Source: Auanema rhodensis (Eukaryota; Animalia; Nematoda). From it: 64,000 nt of DNA. The notes beneath the pieces were generated by a model that did no database searches, was not told the DNA's origin, and was given only the letters and a program-made list of their open reading frames with translations. Below are positions 38,959 to 53,699 of this stretch, in pieces (the first letter of the stretch is position 1; every line of letters begins with the position of its first letter). A program made the translations under genes and the position numbers. Location: NCBI GenBank assembly GCA_964057225.1, contig OZ059897.1:248001-312000 (forward strand), written 5' to 3'.

Positions 38959-41900
38959 TGTGTTATCAGATTTGCGCTAGCTTAAAAATGCACCGAGATA
39001 TCAACTGATATAAGTTCACACTTATATCCTCGATTTTCACCCTGAAGAATTAATTTTTTCGTTGAATAACATTGTCCATCGTCTTTGCCTTGAATAAAGG
39101 AATCTAAAAACACCTACTTTTTGCTAAATTATTTTGAAATTTTTCGAAAAAATTTTTGTCAAAATGTTTTTGGAAGCAATGTTGAGTGTACATGGAAACT
39201 CAACATACACTAATGCATCATTTTTCAAACGATCATAACTAATTTTTGTATGAAGCGTTTCTCAATGTAGTATAGTGCATTCGATGCGGATTTTTAAGCT
39301 GCGTCGATCTGTGTTATCAGATTTGCGCTAGCTTAAAAATGCACCGAGATATCAACTGATATATGTTCACACTTATATCCTCGATTTTCACCCTGAAGAA
39401 TTAATTTTTTCGTTGAATAACATTGTCCATCATCTTTGCCTTGAAAAAAGGAATCTAAAAACATCTACTTTTTGCTAAATTATTTTGAAATTTTTCGAAA
39501 AAATTTTTGTCAAAATGTTTTTGGAAGCAATGTTGAGTGTACATGGAAACTCAACATACACTAATGCATCATTTTTCAAACGATCATAACTAATTTTTGT
39601 ATTAAGCGTTTCTCAATGTAGTATAGTGCATTCGATGCGGATTTTTAAGCTGCGTCGATCTGTGTTATCAGATTTGCGCTAGCTTAAAAATGCACCGAGA
39701 TATCAACTGATATAAGTTCACACTTATATCCTCGATTTTCACCCTGAAGAATTAATTTTTTCGTTGAATAACATTGTCCATCGTCTTTGCCTTGAATAAA
39801 AAAATCTAAAAACATCTACTTTTTGCTAAATTATTTTGAAATTTTTCGAAAAAATTTTTGTCAAAATGTTTTTGGAAGCAATGTTGAGTGTACATGGAAA
39901 CTCAACATACACTAATGCATCATTTTTCAAACGATCATAACTAATTTTTGTATTAAGCGTTTCTCAATGTAGTATAGTGCATTCGATGCGGATTTTTAAG
40001 CTGCGTCGATCTGTGTTATCAGATTTGCGCTAGCTTAAAAATGCACCGAGATATCAACTGATATAAGTTCACACTTATATCCTCGATTTTCACCCTGAAG
40101 AATTAATTTTTTCGTTGAATAACATTGTCCATCATCTTTGCCTTGAAAAAAGGAATCTAAAAACATCTACTTTTTGCTAAATTATTTTGAAATTTTTCGA
40201 AAAAATTTTTGTCAAAATGTTTTTGGAAGCAATGTTGAGTGTACATGGAAACTCAACATACACTAATGCATCATTTTTCAAACGATCATAACTAATTTTT
40301 GTATTAAGCGTTTCTCAATGTAGTATAGTGCATTCGATGCGGATTTTTAAGCTGCGTCGATCTGTGTTATCAGATTTGCGCTAGCTTAAAAATGCACCGA
40401 GATATCAACTGATATAAGTTCACACTTATATCCTCGATTTTCACCCTGAAGAATTAATTTTTTCGTTGAATAACATTGTCCATCGTCTTTGCCTTGAATA
40501 AAAAAATCTAAAAACATCTACTTTTTGCTAAATTATTTTGAAATTTTTCGAAAAAATTTTTGTCAAAATGTTTCTGGAAGCAATGTTGAGTGTACATGGA
40601 AACTCAACATACACTAATGCATCATTTTTCAAACGATCATAACTAATTTTTGTATTAAGCGTTTCTCAATGTAGTATAGTGCATTCGATGCGGATTTTTA
40701 AGCTGCGTCGATCTCTGTTATCAGATTTGCGCTAGCTTAAAAATGCACCGAGATATCAACTGATATAAGTTCACACTTATATCCTCGATTTTCACCCTGA
40801 AGAATTAATTTTTTCGTTGAATAACATTGTCCATCGTCTTTGCCTTGAATAAAGGAATCTAAAAACATCTACTTTTTGCTAAATTATTTTGAAATTTTTC
40901 GAAAAAATTTTTGTCAAAATGTTTTTGGAAGCAATGTTGAGTGTACATGGAAACTCAACATACACTAATGCATCATTTTTCAAACGATCATAACTAATTT
41001 TTGTATTAAGCGTTTCTCAATGTAGTATAGTGCATTCGATGCGGATTTTTAAGCTGCGTCGATCTGTGTTATCAGATTTGCGCTAGCTTAAAAATGCACC
41101 GAGATATCAACTGATATAAGTTCACACTTATATCCTCGATTTTCACCCTGAAGAATTAATTTTTTCGTTGAATAACATTGTCCATCGTCTTTGCCTTGAA
41201 TAAAAAAATCTAAAAACATCTACTTTTTGCTAAATTATTTTGAAATTTTTCGAAAAAATTTTTGTCAAAATGTTTTTGGAAGCAATGTTGAGTGTACATG
41301 GAAACTCAACATACACTAATGCATCATTTTTCAAACGATCATAACTAATTTTTGTATTAAGCGTTTCTCAATGTAGTATAGTGCATTCGATGCGGATTTT
41401 TAAGCTGCGTCGATCTGTGTTATCAGATTTGCGCTAGCTTAAAAATGCACCGAGATATCAACTGATATAAGTTCACACTTATATCCTCGATTTTCACCCT
41501 GAAGAATTAATTTTTTCGTTGAATAACATTGTCCATCGTCTTTGCCTTGAATAAAGGAATCTAAAAACATCTACTTTTTGCTAAATTATTTTGAAATTTT
41601 TCGAAAAAATTTTTGTCAAAATGTTTTTGGAAGCAATGTTGAGTGTACATGGAAACTCAACATACACTAATGCATCATTTTTCAAACGATCATAACTAAT
41701 TTTTGTATTAAGCGTTTCTCAATGTAGTATAGTGCATTCGATGCGGATTTTTAAGCTGCGTCGATCTGTGTTATCAGATTTGCGCTAGCTTAAAAATGCA
41801 CCGAGATATCAACTGATATAAGTTCACACTTATATCCTCGATTTTCACCCTGAAGAATTAATTTTTTCGTTGAATAACATTGTCCATCGTCTTTGCCTTA

Positions 41901-44900
41901 AATAAAAAAATCTAAAAACATCTACTTTTTGCTAAATTATTTTGAAATTTTTCGAAAAAATTTTTGTCAAAATGTTTTTGGAAGCAATGTTGAGTGTACA
42001 TGGAAACTCAACATACACTAATGCATCATTTTTCAAACGATCATAACTAATTTTTGTATTAAGCGTTTCTCAATGTAGTATAGTGCATTCGATGCGGATT
42101 TTTAAGCTGCGTCGATCTGTGTTATCAGATTTGCGCTAGCTTAAAAATGCACCGAGATATCAACTGATATAAGTTCACACTTATATCCTCGATTTTCACC
42201 CTGAAGGAATAATTTTTTCGTTGAATAACATTGTCCATCATCTTTGCCTTGAAAAAAGGAATCTAAAAACATCTACTTTTTGCTAAATTATTTTGAAATT
42301 TTTCGAAAAAATTTTTGTCAAAATGTTTTTGGAAGCAATGTTGAGTGTACATGGAAACTCAACATACACTAATGCATCATTTTTCAAACGATCATAACTA
42401 ATTTTTGTATTAAGCGTTTCTCAATGTAGTATAGTGCATTCGATGCGGATTTTTAAGCTGCGTCGATCTGTGTTATCAGATTTGCGCTAGCTTAAAAATG
42501 CACCGAGATATCAACTGATATAAGTTCACACTTATATCCTCGATTTTCACCCTGAAGAATTAATTTTTTCGTTGAATAACATTGTCCATCGTCTTTGCCT
42601 TGAATAAAGGAATCTAAAAACACCTACTTTTTGCTAAATTATTTTGAAATTTTTCGAAAAAATTTTTGTCAAAATGTTTTTGGAAGCAATGTTGAGTGTA
42701 CATGGAAACTCAACATACACTAATGCATCATTTTTCAAACGATCATAACTAATTTTTGTATGAAGCGTTTCTCAATGTAGTATAGTGCATTCGATGCGGA
42801 TTTTTAAGCTGCGTCGATCTGTGTTATCAGATTTGCGCTAGCTTAAAAATGCACCGAGATATCAACTGATATATGTTCACACTTATATCCTCGATTTTCA
42901 CCCTGAAGAATTAATTTTTTCGTTGAATAACATTGTCCATCATCTTTGCCTTGAAAAAAGGAATCTAAAAACATCTACTTTTTGCTAAATTATTTTGAAA
43001 TTTTTCGAAAAAATTTTTGTCAAAATGTTTTTGGAAGCAATGTTGAGTGTACATGGAAACTCAACATACACTAATGCATCATTTTTCAAACGATCATAAC
43101 TAATTTTTGTATTAAGCGTTTCTCAATGTAGTATAGTGCATTCGATGCGGATTTTTAAGCTGCGTCGATCTGTGTTATCAGATTTGCGCTAGCTTAAAAA
43201 TGCACCGAGATATCAACTGATATAAGTTCACACTTATATCCTCGATTTTCACCCTGAAGAATTAATTTTTTCGTTGAATAACATTGTCCATCGTCTTTGC
43301 CTTGAATAAAAAAATCTAAAAACATCTACTTTTTGCTAAATTATTTTGAAATTTTTCGAAAAAATTTTTGTCAAAATGTTTTTGGAAGCAATGTTGAGTG
43401 TACATGGAAACTCAACATACACTAATGCATCATTTTTCAAACGATCATAACTAATTTTTGTATTAAGCGTTTCTCAATGTAGTATAGTGCATTCGATGCG
43501 GATTTTTAAGCTGCGTCGATCTGTGTTATCAGATTTGCGCTAGCTTAAAAATGCACCGAGATATCAACTGATATAAGTTCACACTTATATCCTCGATTTT
43601 CACCCTGAAGAATTAATTTTTTCGTTGAATAACATTGTCCATCATCTTTGCCTTGAAAAAAGGAATCTAAAAACATCTACTTTTTGCTAAATTATTTTGA
43701 AATTTTTCGAAAAAATTTTTGTCAAAATGTTTTTGGAAGCAATGTTGAGTGTACATGGAAACTCAACATACACTAATGCATCATTTTTCAAACGATCATA
43801 ACTAATTTTTGTATTAAGCGTTTCTCAATGTAGTATAGTGCATTCGATGCGGATTTTTAAGCTGCGTCGATCTGTGTTATCAGATTTGCGCTAGCTTAAA
43901 AATGCACCGAGATATCAACTGATATAAGTTCACACTTATATCCTCGATTTTCACCCTGAAGAATTAATTTTTTCGTTGAATAACATTGTCCATCGTCTTT
44001 GCCTTGAATAAAAAAATCTAAAAACATCTACTTTTTGCTAAATTATTTTGAAATTTTTCGAAAAAATTTTTGTCAAAATGTTTTTGGAAGCAATGTTGAG
44101 TGTACATGGAAACTCAACATACACTAATGCATCATTTTTCAAACGATCATAACTAATTTTTGTATTAAGCGTTTCTCAATGTAGTATAGTGCATTCGATG
44201 CGGATTTTTAAGCTGCGTCGATCTCTGTTATCAGATTTGCGCTAGCTTAAAAATGCACCGAGATATCAACTGATATAAGTTCACACTTATATCCTCGATT
44301 TTCACCCTGAAGAATTAATTTTTTCGTTGAATAACATTGTCCATCGTCTTTGCCTTGAATAAAGGAATCTAAAAACATCTACTTTTTGCTAAATTATTTT
44401 GAAATTTTTCGAAAAAATTTTTGTCAAAATGTTTTTGGAAGCAATGTTGAGTGTACATGGAAACTCAACATACACTAATGCATCATTTTTCAAACGATCA
44501 TAACTAATTTTTGTATTAAGCGTTTCTCAATGTAGTATAGTGCATTCGATGCGGATTTTTAAGCTGCGTCGATCTGTGTTATCAGATTTGCGCTAGCTTA
44601 AAAATGCACCGAGATATCAACTGATATAAGTTCACACTTATATCCTCGATTTTCACCCTGAAGAATTAATTTTTTCGTTGAATAACATTGTCCATCGTCT
44701 TTGCCTTAAATAAAAAAATCTAAAAACATCTACTTTTTGCTAAATTATTTTGAAATTTTTCGAAAAAATTTTTGTCAAAATGTTTTTGGAAGCAATGTTG
44801 AGTGTACATGGAAACTCAACATACACTAATGCATCATTTTTCAAACGATCATAACTAATTTTTGTATTAAGCGTTTCTCAATGTAGTATAGTGCATTCGA

Positions 44901-47900
44901 TGCGGATTTTTAAGCTGCGTCGATCTGTGTTATCAGATTTGCGCTAGCTTAAAAATGCACCGAGATATCAACTGATATAAGTTCACACTTATATCCTCGA
45001 TTTTCACCCTGAAGGAATAATTTTTTCGTTGAATAACATTGTCCATCATCTTTGCCTTGAAAAAAGGAATCTAAAAACATCTACTTTTTGCTAAATTATT
45101 TTGAAATTTTTCGAAAAAATTTTTGTCAAAATGTTTTTGGAAGCAATGTTGAGTGTACATGGAAACTCAACATACACTAATGCATCATTTTTCAAACGAT
45201 CATAACTAATTTTTGTATTAAGCGTTTCTCAATGTAGTATAGTGCATTCGATGCGGATTTTTAAGCTGCGTCGATCTGTGTTATCAGATTTGCGCTAGCT
45301 TAAAAATGCACCGAGATATCAACTGATATAAGTTCACACTTATATCCTCGATTTTCACCCTGAAGAATTAATTTTTTCGTTGAATAACATTGTCCATCGT
45401 CTTTGCCTTGAATAAAGGAATCTAAAAACACCTACTTTTTGCTAAATTATTTTGAAATTTTTCGAAAAAATTTTTGTCAAAATGTTTTTGGAAGCAATGT
45501 TGAGTGTACATGGAAACTCAACATACACTAATGCATCATTTTTCAAACGATCATAACTAATTTTTGTATGAAGCGTTTCTCAATGTAGTATAGTGCATTC
45601 GATGCGGATTTTTAAGCTGCGTCGATCTGTGTTATCAGATTTGCGCTAGCTTAAAAATGCACCGAGATATCAACTGATATATGTTCACACTTATATCCTC
45701 GATTTTCACCCTGAAGAATTAATTTTTTCGTTGAATAACATTGTCCATCATCTTTGCCTTGAAAAAAGGAATCTAAAAACATCTACTTTTTGCTAAATTA
45801 TTTTGAAATTTTTCGAAAAAATTTTTGTCAAAATGTTTTTGGAAGCAATGTTGAGTGTACATGGAAACTCAACATACACTAATGCATCATTTTTCAAACG
45901 ATCATAACTAATTTTTGTATTAAGCGTTTCTCAATGTAGTATAGTGCATTCGATGCGGATTTTTAAGCTGCGTCGATCTGTGTTATCAGATTTGCGCTAG
46001 CTTAAAAATGCACCGAGATATCAACTGATATAAGTTCACACTTATATCCTCGATTTTCACCCTGAAGAATTAATTTTTTCGTTGAATAACATTGTCCATC
46101 GTCTTTGCCTTGAATAAAAAAATCTAAAAACATCTACTTTTTGCTAAATTATTTTGAAATTTTTCGAAAAAATTTTTGTCAAAATGTTTTTGGAAGCAAT
46201 GTTGAGTGTACATGGAAACTCAACATACACTAATGCATCATTTTTCAAACGATCATAACTAATTTTTGTATTAAGCGTTTCTCAATGTAGTATAGTGCAT
46301 TCGATGCGGATTTTTAAGCTGCGTCGATCTGTGTTATCAGATTTGCGCTAGCTTAAAAATGCACCGAGATATCAACTGATATAAGTTCACACTTATATCC
46401 TCGATTTTCACCCTGAAGAATTAATTTTTTCGTTGAATAACATTGTCCATCATCTTTGCCTTGAAAAAAGGAATCTAAAAACATCTACTTTTTGCTAAAT
46501 TATTTTGAAATTTTTCGAAAAAATTTTTGTCAAAATGTTTTTGGAAGCAATGTTGAGTGTACATGGAAACTCAACATACACTAATGCATCATTTTTCAAA
46601 CGATCATAACTAATTTTTGTATTAAGCGTTTCTCAATGTAGTATAGTGCATTCGATGCGGATTTTTAAGCTGCGTCGATCTGTGTTATCAGATTTGCGCT
46701 AGCTTAAAAATGCACCGAGATATCAACTGATATAAGTTCACACTTATATCCTCGATTTTCACCCTGAAGAATTAATTTTTTCGTTGAATAACATTGTCCA
46801 TCGTCTTTGCCTTGAATAAAGGAATCTAAAAACATCTACTTTTTGCTAAATTATTTTGAAATTTTTCGAAAAAATTTTTGTCAAAATGTTTTTGGAAGCA
46901 ATGTTGAGTGTACATGGAAACTCAACATACACTAATGCATCATTTTTCAAACGATCATAACTAATTTTTGTATTAAGCGTTTCTCAATGTAGTATAGTGC
47001 ATTCGATGCGGATTTTTAAGCTGCGTCGATCTGTGTTATCAGATTTGCGCTAGCTTAAAAATGCACCGAGATATCAACTGATATAAGTTCACACTTATAT
47101 CCTCGATTTTCACCCTGAAGAATTAATTTTTTCGTTGAATAACATTGTCCATCGTCTTTGCCTTGAATAAAAAAATCTAAAAACATCTACTTTTTGCTAA
47201 ATTATTTTGAAATTTTTCGAAAAAATTTTTGTCAAAATGTTTTTGGAAGCAATGTTGAGTGTACATGGAAACTCAACATACACTAATGCATCATTTTTCA
47301 AACGATCATAACTAATTTTTGTATTAAGCGTTTCTCAATGTAGTATAGTGCATTCGATGCGGATTTTTAAGCTGCGTCGATCTGTGTTATCAGATTTGCG
47401 CTAGCTTAAAAATGCACCGAGATATCAACTGATATAAGTTCACACTTATATCCTCGATTTTCACCCTGAAGAATTAATTTTTTCGTTGAATAACATTGTC
47501 CATCGTCTTTGCCTTGAATAAAGGAATCTAAAAACATCTACTTTTTGCTAAATTATTTTGAAATTTTTCGAAAAAATTTTTGTCAAAATGTTTTTGGAAG
47601 CAATGTTGAGTGTACATGGAAACTCAACATACACTAATGCATCATTTTTCAAACGATCATAACTAATTTTTGTATTAAGCGTTTCTCAATGTAGTATAGT
47701 GCATTCGATGCGGATTTTTAAGCTGCGTCGATCTGTGTTATCAGATTTGCGCTAGCTTAAAAATGCACCGAGATATCAACTGATATAAGTTCACACTTAT
47801 ATCCTCGATTTTCACCCTGAAGAATTAATTTTTTCGTTGAATAACATTGTCCATCGTCTTTGCCTTAAATAAAAAAATCTAAAAACATCTACTTTTTGCT

Positions 47901-48084
47901 AAATTATTTTGAAATTTTTCGAAAAAATTTTTGTCAAAATGTTTTTGGAAGCAATGTTGAGTGTACATGGAAACTCAACATACACTAATGCATCATTTTT
48001 CAAACGATCATAACTAATTTTTGTATCAAGCGTTTCTCAATGTAGTATAGTGCATTCGATGCGGATTTTTAAGCTGCGTCGATC
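38959..48084. repeat. Variable higher-order repeat: 10-mer (38959-42468), 8-mer (42469-45276), 8-mer (45277-48084)
   Basis: Each unit opens with a cacc+tatgaag monomer followed by a tatatg+catcat monomer, and has a cttaaataaaaaa monomer near its end. Confidence 0.85.
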
Positions 48085-51000
48085 TGTGTTATCAGATTTG
48101 CGCTAGCTTAAAAATGCACCGAGATATCAACTGATATAAGTTCACACTTATATCCTCGATTTTCACCCTGAAGAATTAATTTTTTCGTTGAATAACATTG
48201 TCCATCGTCTTTGCCTTGAATAAAGGAATCTAAAAACACCTACTTTTTGCTAAATTATTTTGAAATTTTTCGAAAAAATTTTTGTCAAAATGTTTTTGGA
48301 AGCAATGTTGAGTGTACATGGAAACTCAACATACACTAATGCATCATTTTTCAAACGATCATAACTAATTTTTGTATCAAGCGTTTCTCAATGTAGTATA
48401 GTGCATTCGATGCGGATTTTTAAGCTGCGTCGATCTGTGTTATCAGATTTGCGCTAGCTTAAAAATGCACCGAGATATCAACTGATATAAGTTCACACTT
48501 ATATCCTCGATTTTCACCCTGAAGAATTAATTTTTTCGTTGAATAACATTGTCCATCGTCTTTGCCTTGAATAAAGGAATCTAAAAACATCTACTTTTTG
48601 CTAAATTATTTTGAAATTTTTCGAAAAAATTTTTGTCAAAATGTTTTTGGAAGCAATGTTGAGTGTACATGGAAACTCAACATACACTAATGCATCATTT
48701 TTCAAACGATCATAACTAATTTTTGTATCAAGCGTTTCTCAATGTAGTATAGTGCATTCGATGCGGATTTTTAAGCTGCGTCGATCTGTGTTATCAGATT
48801 TGCGCTAGCTTAAAAATGCACCGAGATATCAACTGATATAAGTTCACACTTATATCCTCGATTTTCACCCTGAAGAATTAATTTTTTCGTTGAATAACAT
48901 TGTCCATCGTCTTTGCCTTGAATAAAGGAATCTAAAAACACCTACTTTTTGCTAAATTATTTTGAAATTTTTCGAAAAAATTTTTGTCAAAATGTATTTG
49001 GAAGCAATGTTGAGTGTACATGGAAACTCAACATACACTAATGCATCATTTTTCAAACGATCATAACTAATTTTTGTATCAAGCGTTTCTCAATGTAGTA
49101 TAGTGCATTCGATGCGGATTTTTAAGCTGCGTCGATCTGTGTTATCAGATTTGCGCTAGCTTAAAAATGCACCGAGATATCAACTGATATAAGTTCACAC
49201 TTATATCCTCGATTTTCACCCTGAAGGAATAATTTTTTCGTTGAATAACATTGTCCATCATCTTTGCCTTGAAAAAAGGAATCTAAAAACATCTACTTTT
49301 TGCTAAATTATTTTGAAATTTTTCGAAAAAATTTTTGTCAAAATGTTTTTGGAAGCAATGTTGAGTGTACATGGAAACTCAACATACACTAATGCATCAT
49401 TTTTCAAACGATCATAACTAATTTTTGTATTAAGCGTTTCTCAATGTAGTATAGTGCATTCGATGCGGATTTTTAAGCTGCGTCGATCTGTGTTATCAGA
49501 TTTGCGCTAGCTTAAAAATGCACCGAGATATCAACTGATATAAGTTCACACTTATATCCTCGATTTTCACCCTGAAGAATTAATTTTTTCGTTGAATAAC
49601 ATTGTCCATCGTCTTTGCCTTGAATAAAAAAATCTAAAAACATCTACTTTTTGCTAAATTATTTTGAAATTTTTCGAAAAAATTTTTGTCAAAATGTTTT
49701 TGGAAGCAATGTTGAGTGTACATGGAAACTCAACATACACTAATGCATCATTTTTCAAACGATCATAACTAATTTTTGTATTAAGCGTTTCTCAATGTAG
49801 TATAGTGCATTCGATGCGGATTTTTAAGCTGCGTCGATCTGTGTTATCAGATTTGCGCTAGCTTAAAAATGCACCGAGATATCAACTGATATAAGTTCAC
49901 ACTTATATCTTGATTTTCACCCTGAAGGAATAATTTTTTCGTTGAATAACATTGTCCATCATCTTTGCCTTGAAAAAAGGAATCTAAAAACATCTACTTT
50001 TTGCTAAATTATTTTGAAATTTTTCGAAAAAATTTTTGTCAAAATGTTTTTGGAAGCAATGTTGAGTGTACATGGAAACTCAACATACACTAATGCATCA
50101 TTTTTCAAACGATCATAACTAATTTTTGTATTAAGCGTTTCTCAATGTAGTATAGTGCATTCGATGCGGATTTTTAAGCTGCGTCGATCTGTGTTATCAG
50201 ATTTGCGCTAGCTTAAAAATGCACCGAGATATCAACTGATATAAGTTCACACTTATATCCTCGATTTTCACCCTGAAGAATTAATTTTTTCGTTGAATAA
50301 CATTGTCCATCGTCTTTGCCTTAAATAAAAAAATCTAAAAACATCTACTTTTTGCTAAATTATTTTGAAATTTTTCGAAAAAATTTTTGTCAAAATGTTT
50401 TTGGAAGCAATGTTGAGTGTACATGGAAACTCAACATACACTAATGCATCATTTTTCAAACGATCATAACTAATTTTTGTATTAAGCGTTTCTCAATGTA
50501 GTATAGTGCATTCGATGCGGATTTTTAAGCTGCGTCGATCTGTGTTATCAGATTTGCGCTAGCTAAAAAATGCACCGAGATATCAACTGATATAAGTTCA
50601 CACTTATATCCTCGATTTTCACCCTGAAGGAATAATTTTTTCGTTGAATAACATTGTCCATCATCTTTGCCTTGAAAAAAGGAATCTAAAAACATCTACT
50701 TTTTGCTAAATTATTTTGAAATTTTTCGAAAAAATTTTTGTCAAAATGTTTTTGGAAGCAATGTTGAGTGTACATGGAAACTCAACATACACTAATGCAT
50801 CATTTTTCAAACGATCATAACTAATTTTTGTATTAAGCGTTTCTCAATGTAGTATAGTGCATTCGATGCGGATTTTTAAGCTGCGTCGATCTGTGTTATC
50901 AGATTTGCGCTAGCTTAAAAATGCACCGAGATATCAACTGATATAAGTTCACACTTATATCCTCGATTTTCACCCTGAAGAATTAATTTTTTCGTTGAAT

Positions 51001-51593
51001 AACATTGTCCATCGTCTTTGCCTTGAATAAAGGAATCTAAAAACATCTACTTTTTGCTAAATTATTTTGAAATTTTTCGAAAAAATTTTTGTCAAAATGT
51101 TTTTGGAAGCAATGTTGAGTGTACATGGAAACTCAACATACACTAATGCATCATTTTTCAAACGATCATAACTAATTTTTGTATCAAGCGTTTCTCAATG
51201 TAGTATAGTGCATTCGATGCGGATTTTTAAGCTGCGTCGATCTGTGTTATCAGATTTGCGCTAGCTAAAAAATGCACCGAGATATCAACTGATATAAGTT
51301 CACACTTATATCCTCGATTTTCACCCTGAAGGAATAATTTTTTCGTTGAATAACATTGTCCATCATCTTTGCCTTGAAAAAAGGAATTTAAAAACATCTA
51401 CTTTTTGCTAAATTATTTTGAAATTTTTCGAAAAAATTTTTGTCAAAATGTTTTTGGAAGCAATGTTGAGTGTACATGGAAACTCAACATACACTAATGC
51501 ATCATTTTTCAAACGATCATAACTAATTTTTGTATTAAGCGTTTCTCAATGTAGTATAGTGCATTCGATGCGGATTTTTAAGCTGCGTCGATC

Positions 51594-53699
51594 TGTGTTA
51601 TCAGATTTGCGCTAGCTTAAAAATGCACCGAGATATCAACTGATATAAGTTCACACTTATATCCTCGATTTTCACCCTGAAGAATTAATTTTTTCGTTGA
51701 ATAACATTGTCCATCGTCTTTGCCTTGAAAAAAGAAATCTAAAAACATCTACTTTTTGCTAAATTATTTTGAAATTTTTCGAAAAAATTTTTGTCAAAAT
51801 GTTTTTGGAAGCATTGTTGAGTGTACATGGAAACTCAACATACACTAATGCATCATTTTTCAAACGATCATAACTAATTTTTGTATTAAGCGTTTCTCAA
51901 TGTAGTATAGTGCATTCGATGCGGATTTTTAAGCTGCGTCGATCTGTGTTATCAGATTTGCGCTAGCTTAAAAATGCACCGAGATATCAACTGATATAAG
52001 TTCACACTTATATCCTCGATTTTCACCCTGAAGAATTAATTTTTTCGTTGAATAACATTGTCCATCGTCTTTGCCTTGAATAAAGGAATCTAAAAACACC
52101 TACTTTTTGCTAAATTATTCTGAAATTTTTCGAAAAAATTTTTGTCAAAATGTATTTGGAAGCAATGTTGAGTGTACATGGAAACTCAACATACACTAAT
52201 GCATCATTTTTCAAACGATCATAACTAATTTTTGTATCAAGCGTTTCTCAATGTAGTATAGTGCATTCGATGCGGATTTTTAAGCTGCGTCGATCTGTGT
52301 TATCAGATTTGCGCTAGCTTAAAAATGCACCGAGATATCAACTGATATAAGTTCACACTTATATCCTCGATTTTCACCCTGAAGGAATAATTTTTTCGTT
52401 GAATAACATTGTCCATCATCTTTGCCTTGAAAAAAGGAATCTAAAAACATCTACTTTTTGCTAAATTATTTTGAAATTTTTCGAAAAAATTTTTGTCAAA
52501 ATGTTTTTGGAAGCAATGTTGAGTGTACATGGAAACTCAACATACACTAATGCATCATTTTTCAAACGATCATAACTAATTTTTGTATTAAGCGTTTCTC
52601 AATGTAGTATAGTGCATTCGATGCGGATTTTTAAGCTGCGTCGATCTGTGTTATCAGATTTGCGCTAGCTTAAAAATGCACCGAGATATCAACTGATATA
52701 AGTTCACACTTATATCCTCGATTTTCACCCTGAAGAATTAATTTTTTCGTTGAATAACATTGTCCATCGTCTTTGCCTTGAAAAAAGAAATCTAAAAACA
52801 TCTACTTTTTGCTAAATTATTTTGAAATTTTTCGAAAAAATTTTTGTCAAAATGTTTTTGGAAGCATTGTTGAGTGTACATGGAAACTCAACATACACTA
52901 ATGCATCATTTTTCAAACGATCATAACTAATTTTTGTATTAAGCGTTTCTCAATGTAGTATAGTGCATTCGATGCGGATTTTTAAGCTGCGTCGATCTGT
53001 GTTATCAGATTTGCGCTAGCTTAAAAATGCACCGAGATATCAACTGATATAAGTTCACACTTATATCCTCGATTTTCACCCTGAAGAATTAATTTTTTCG
53101 TTGAATAACATTGTCCATCGTCTTTGCCTTGAATAAAGGAATCTAAAAACACCTACTTTTTGCTAAATTATTCTGAAATTTTTCGAAAAAATTTTTGTCA
53201 AAATGTATTTGGAAGCAATGTTGAGTGTACATGGAAACTCAACATACACTAATGCATCATTTTTCAAACGATCATAACTAATTTTTGTATCAAGCGTTTC
53301 TCAATGTAGTATAGTGCATTCGATGCGGATTTTTAAGCTGCGTCGATCTGTGTTATCAGATTTGCGCTAGCTTAAAAATGCACCGAGATATCAACTGATA
53401 TAAGTTCACACTTATATCCTCGATTTTCACCCTGAAGGAATAATTTTTTCGTTGAATAACATTGTCCATCATCTTTGCCTTGAAAAAAGGAATCTAAAAA
53501 CATCTACTTTTTGCTAAATTATTTTGAAATTTTTCGAAAAAATTTTTGTCAAAATGTTTTTGGAAGCAATGTTGAGTGTACATGGAAACTCAACATACAC
53601 TAATGCATCATTTTTCAAACGATCATAACTAATTTTTGTATTAAGCGTTTCTCAATGTAGTATAGTGCATTCGATGCGGATTTTTAAGCTGCGTCGATC
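51594..53699. repeat. 3-mer tandem duplication (1053 bp x2; M148-150 and M151-153)
   Basis: The private combination attctg+atgtattt+tatcaag+cacc occurs in monomers starting at 51945 and 52998, with matching flanking monomers. Confidence 0.88.
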
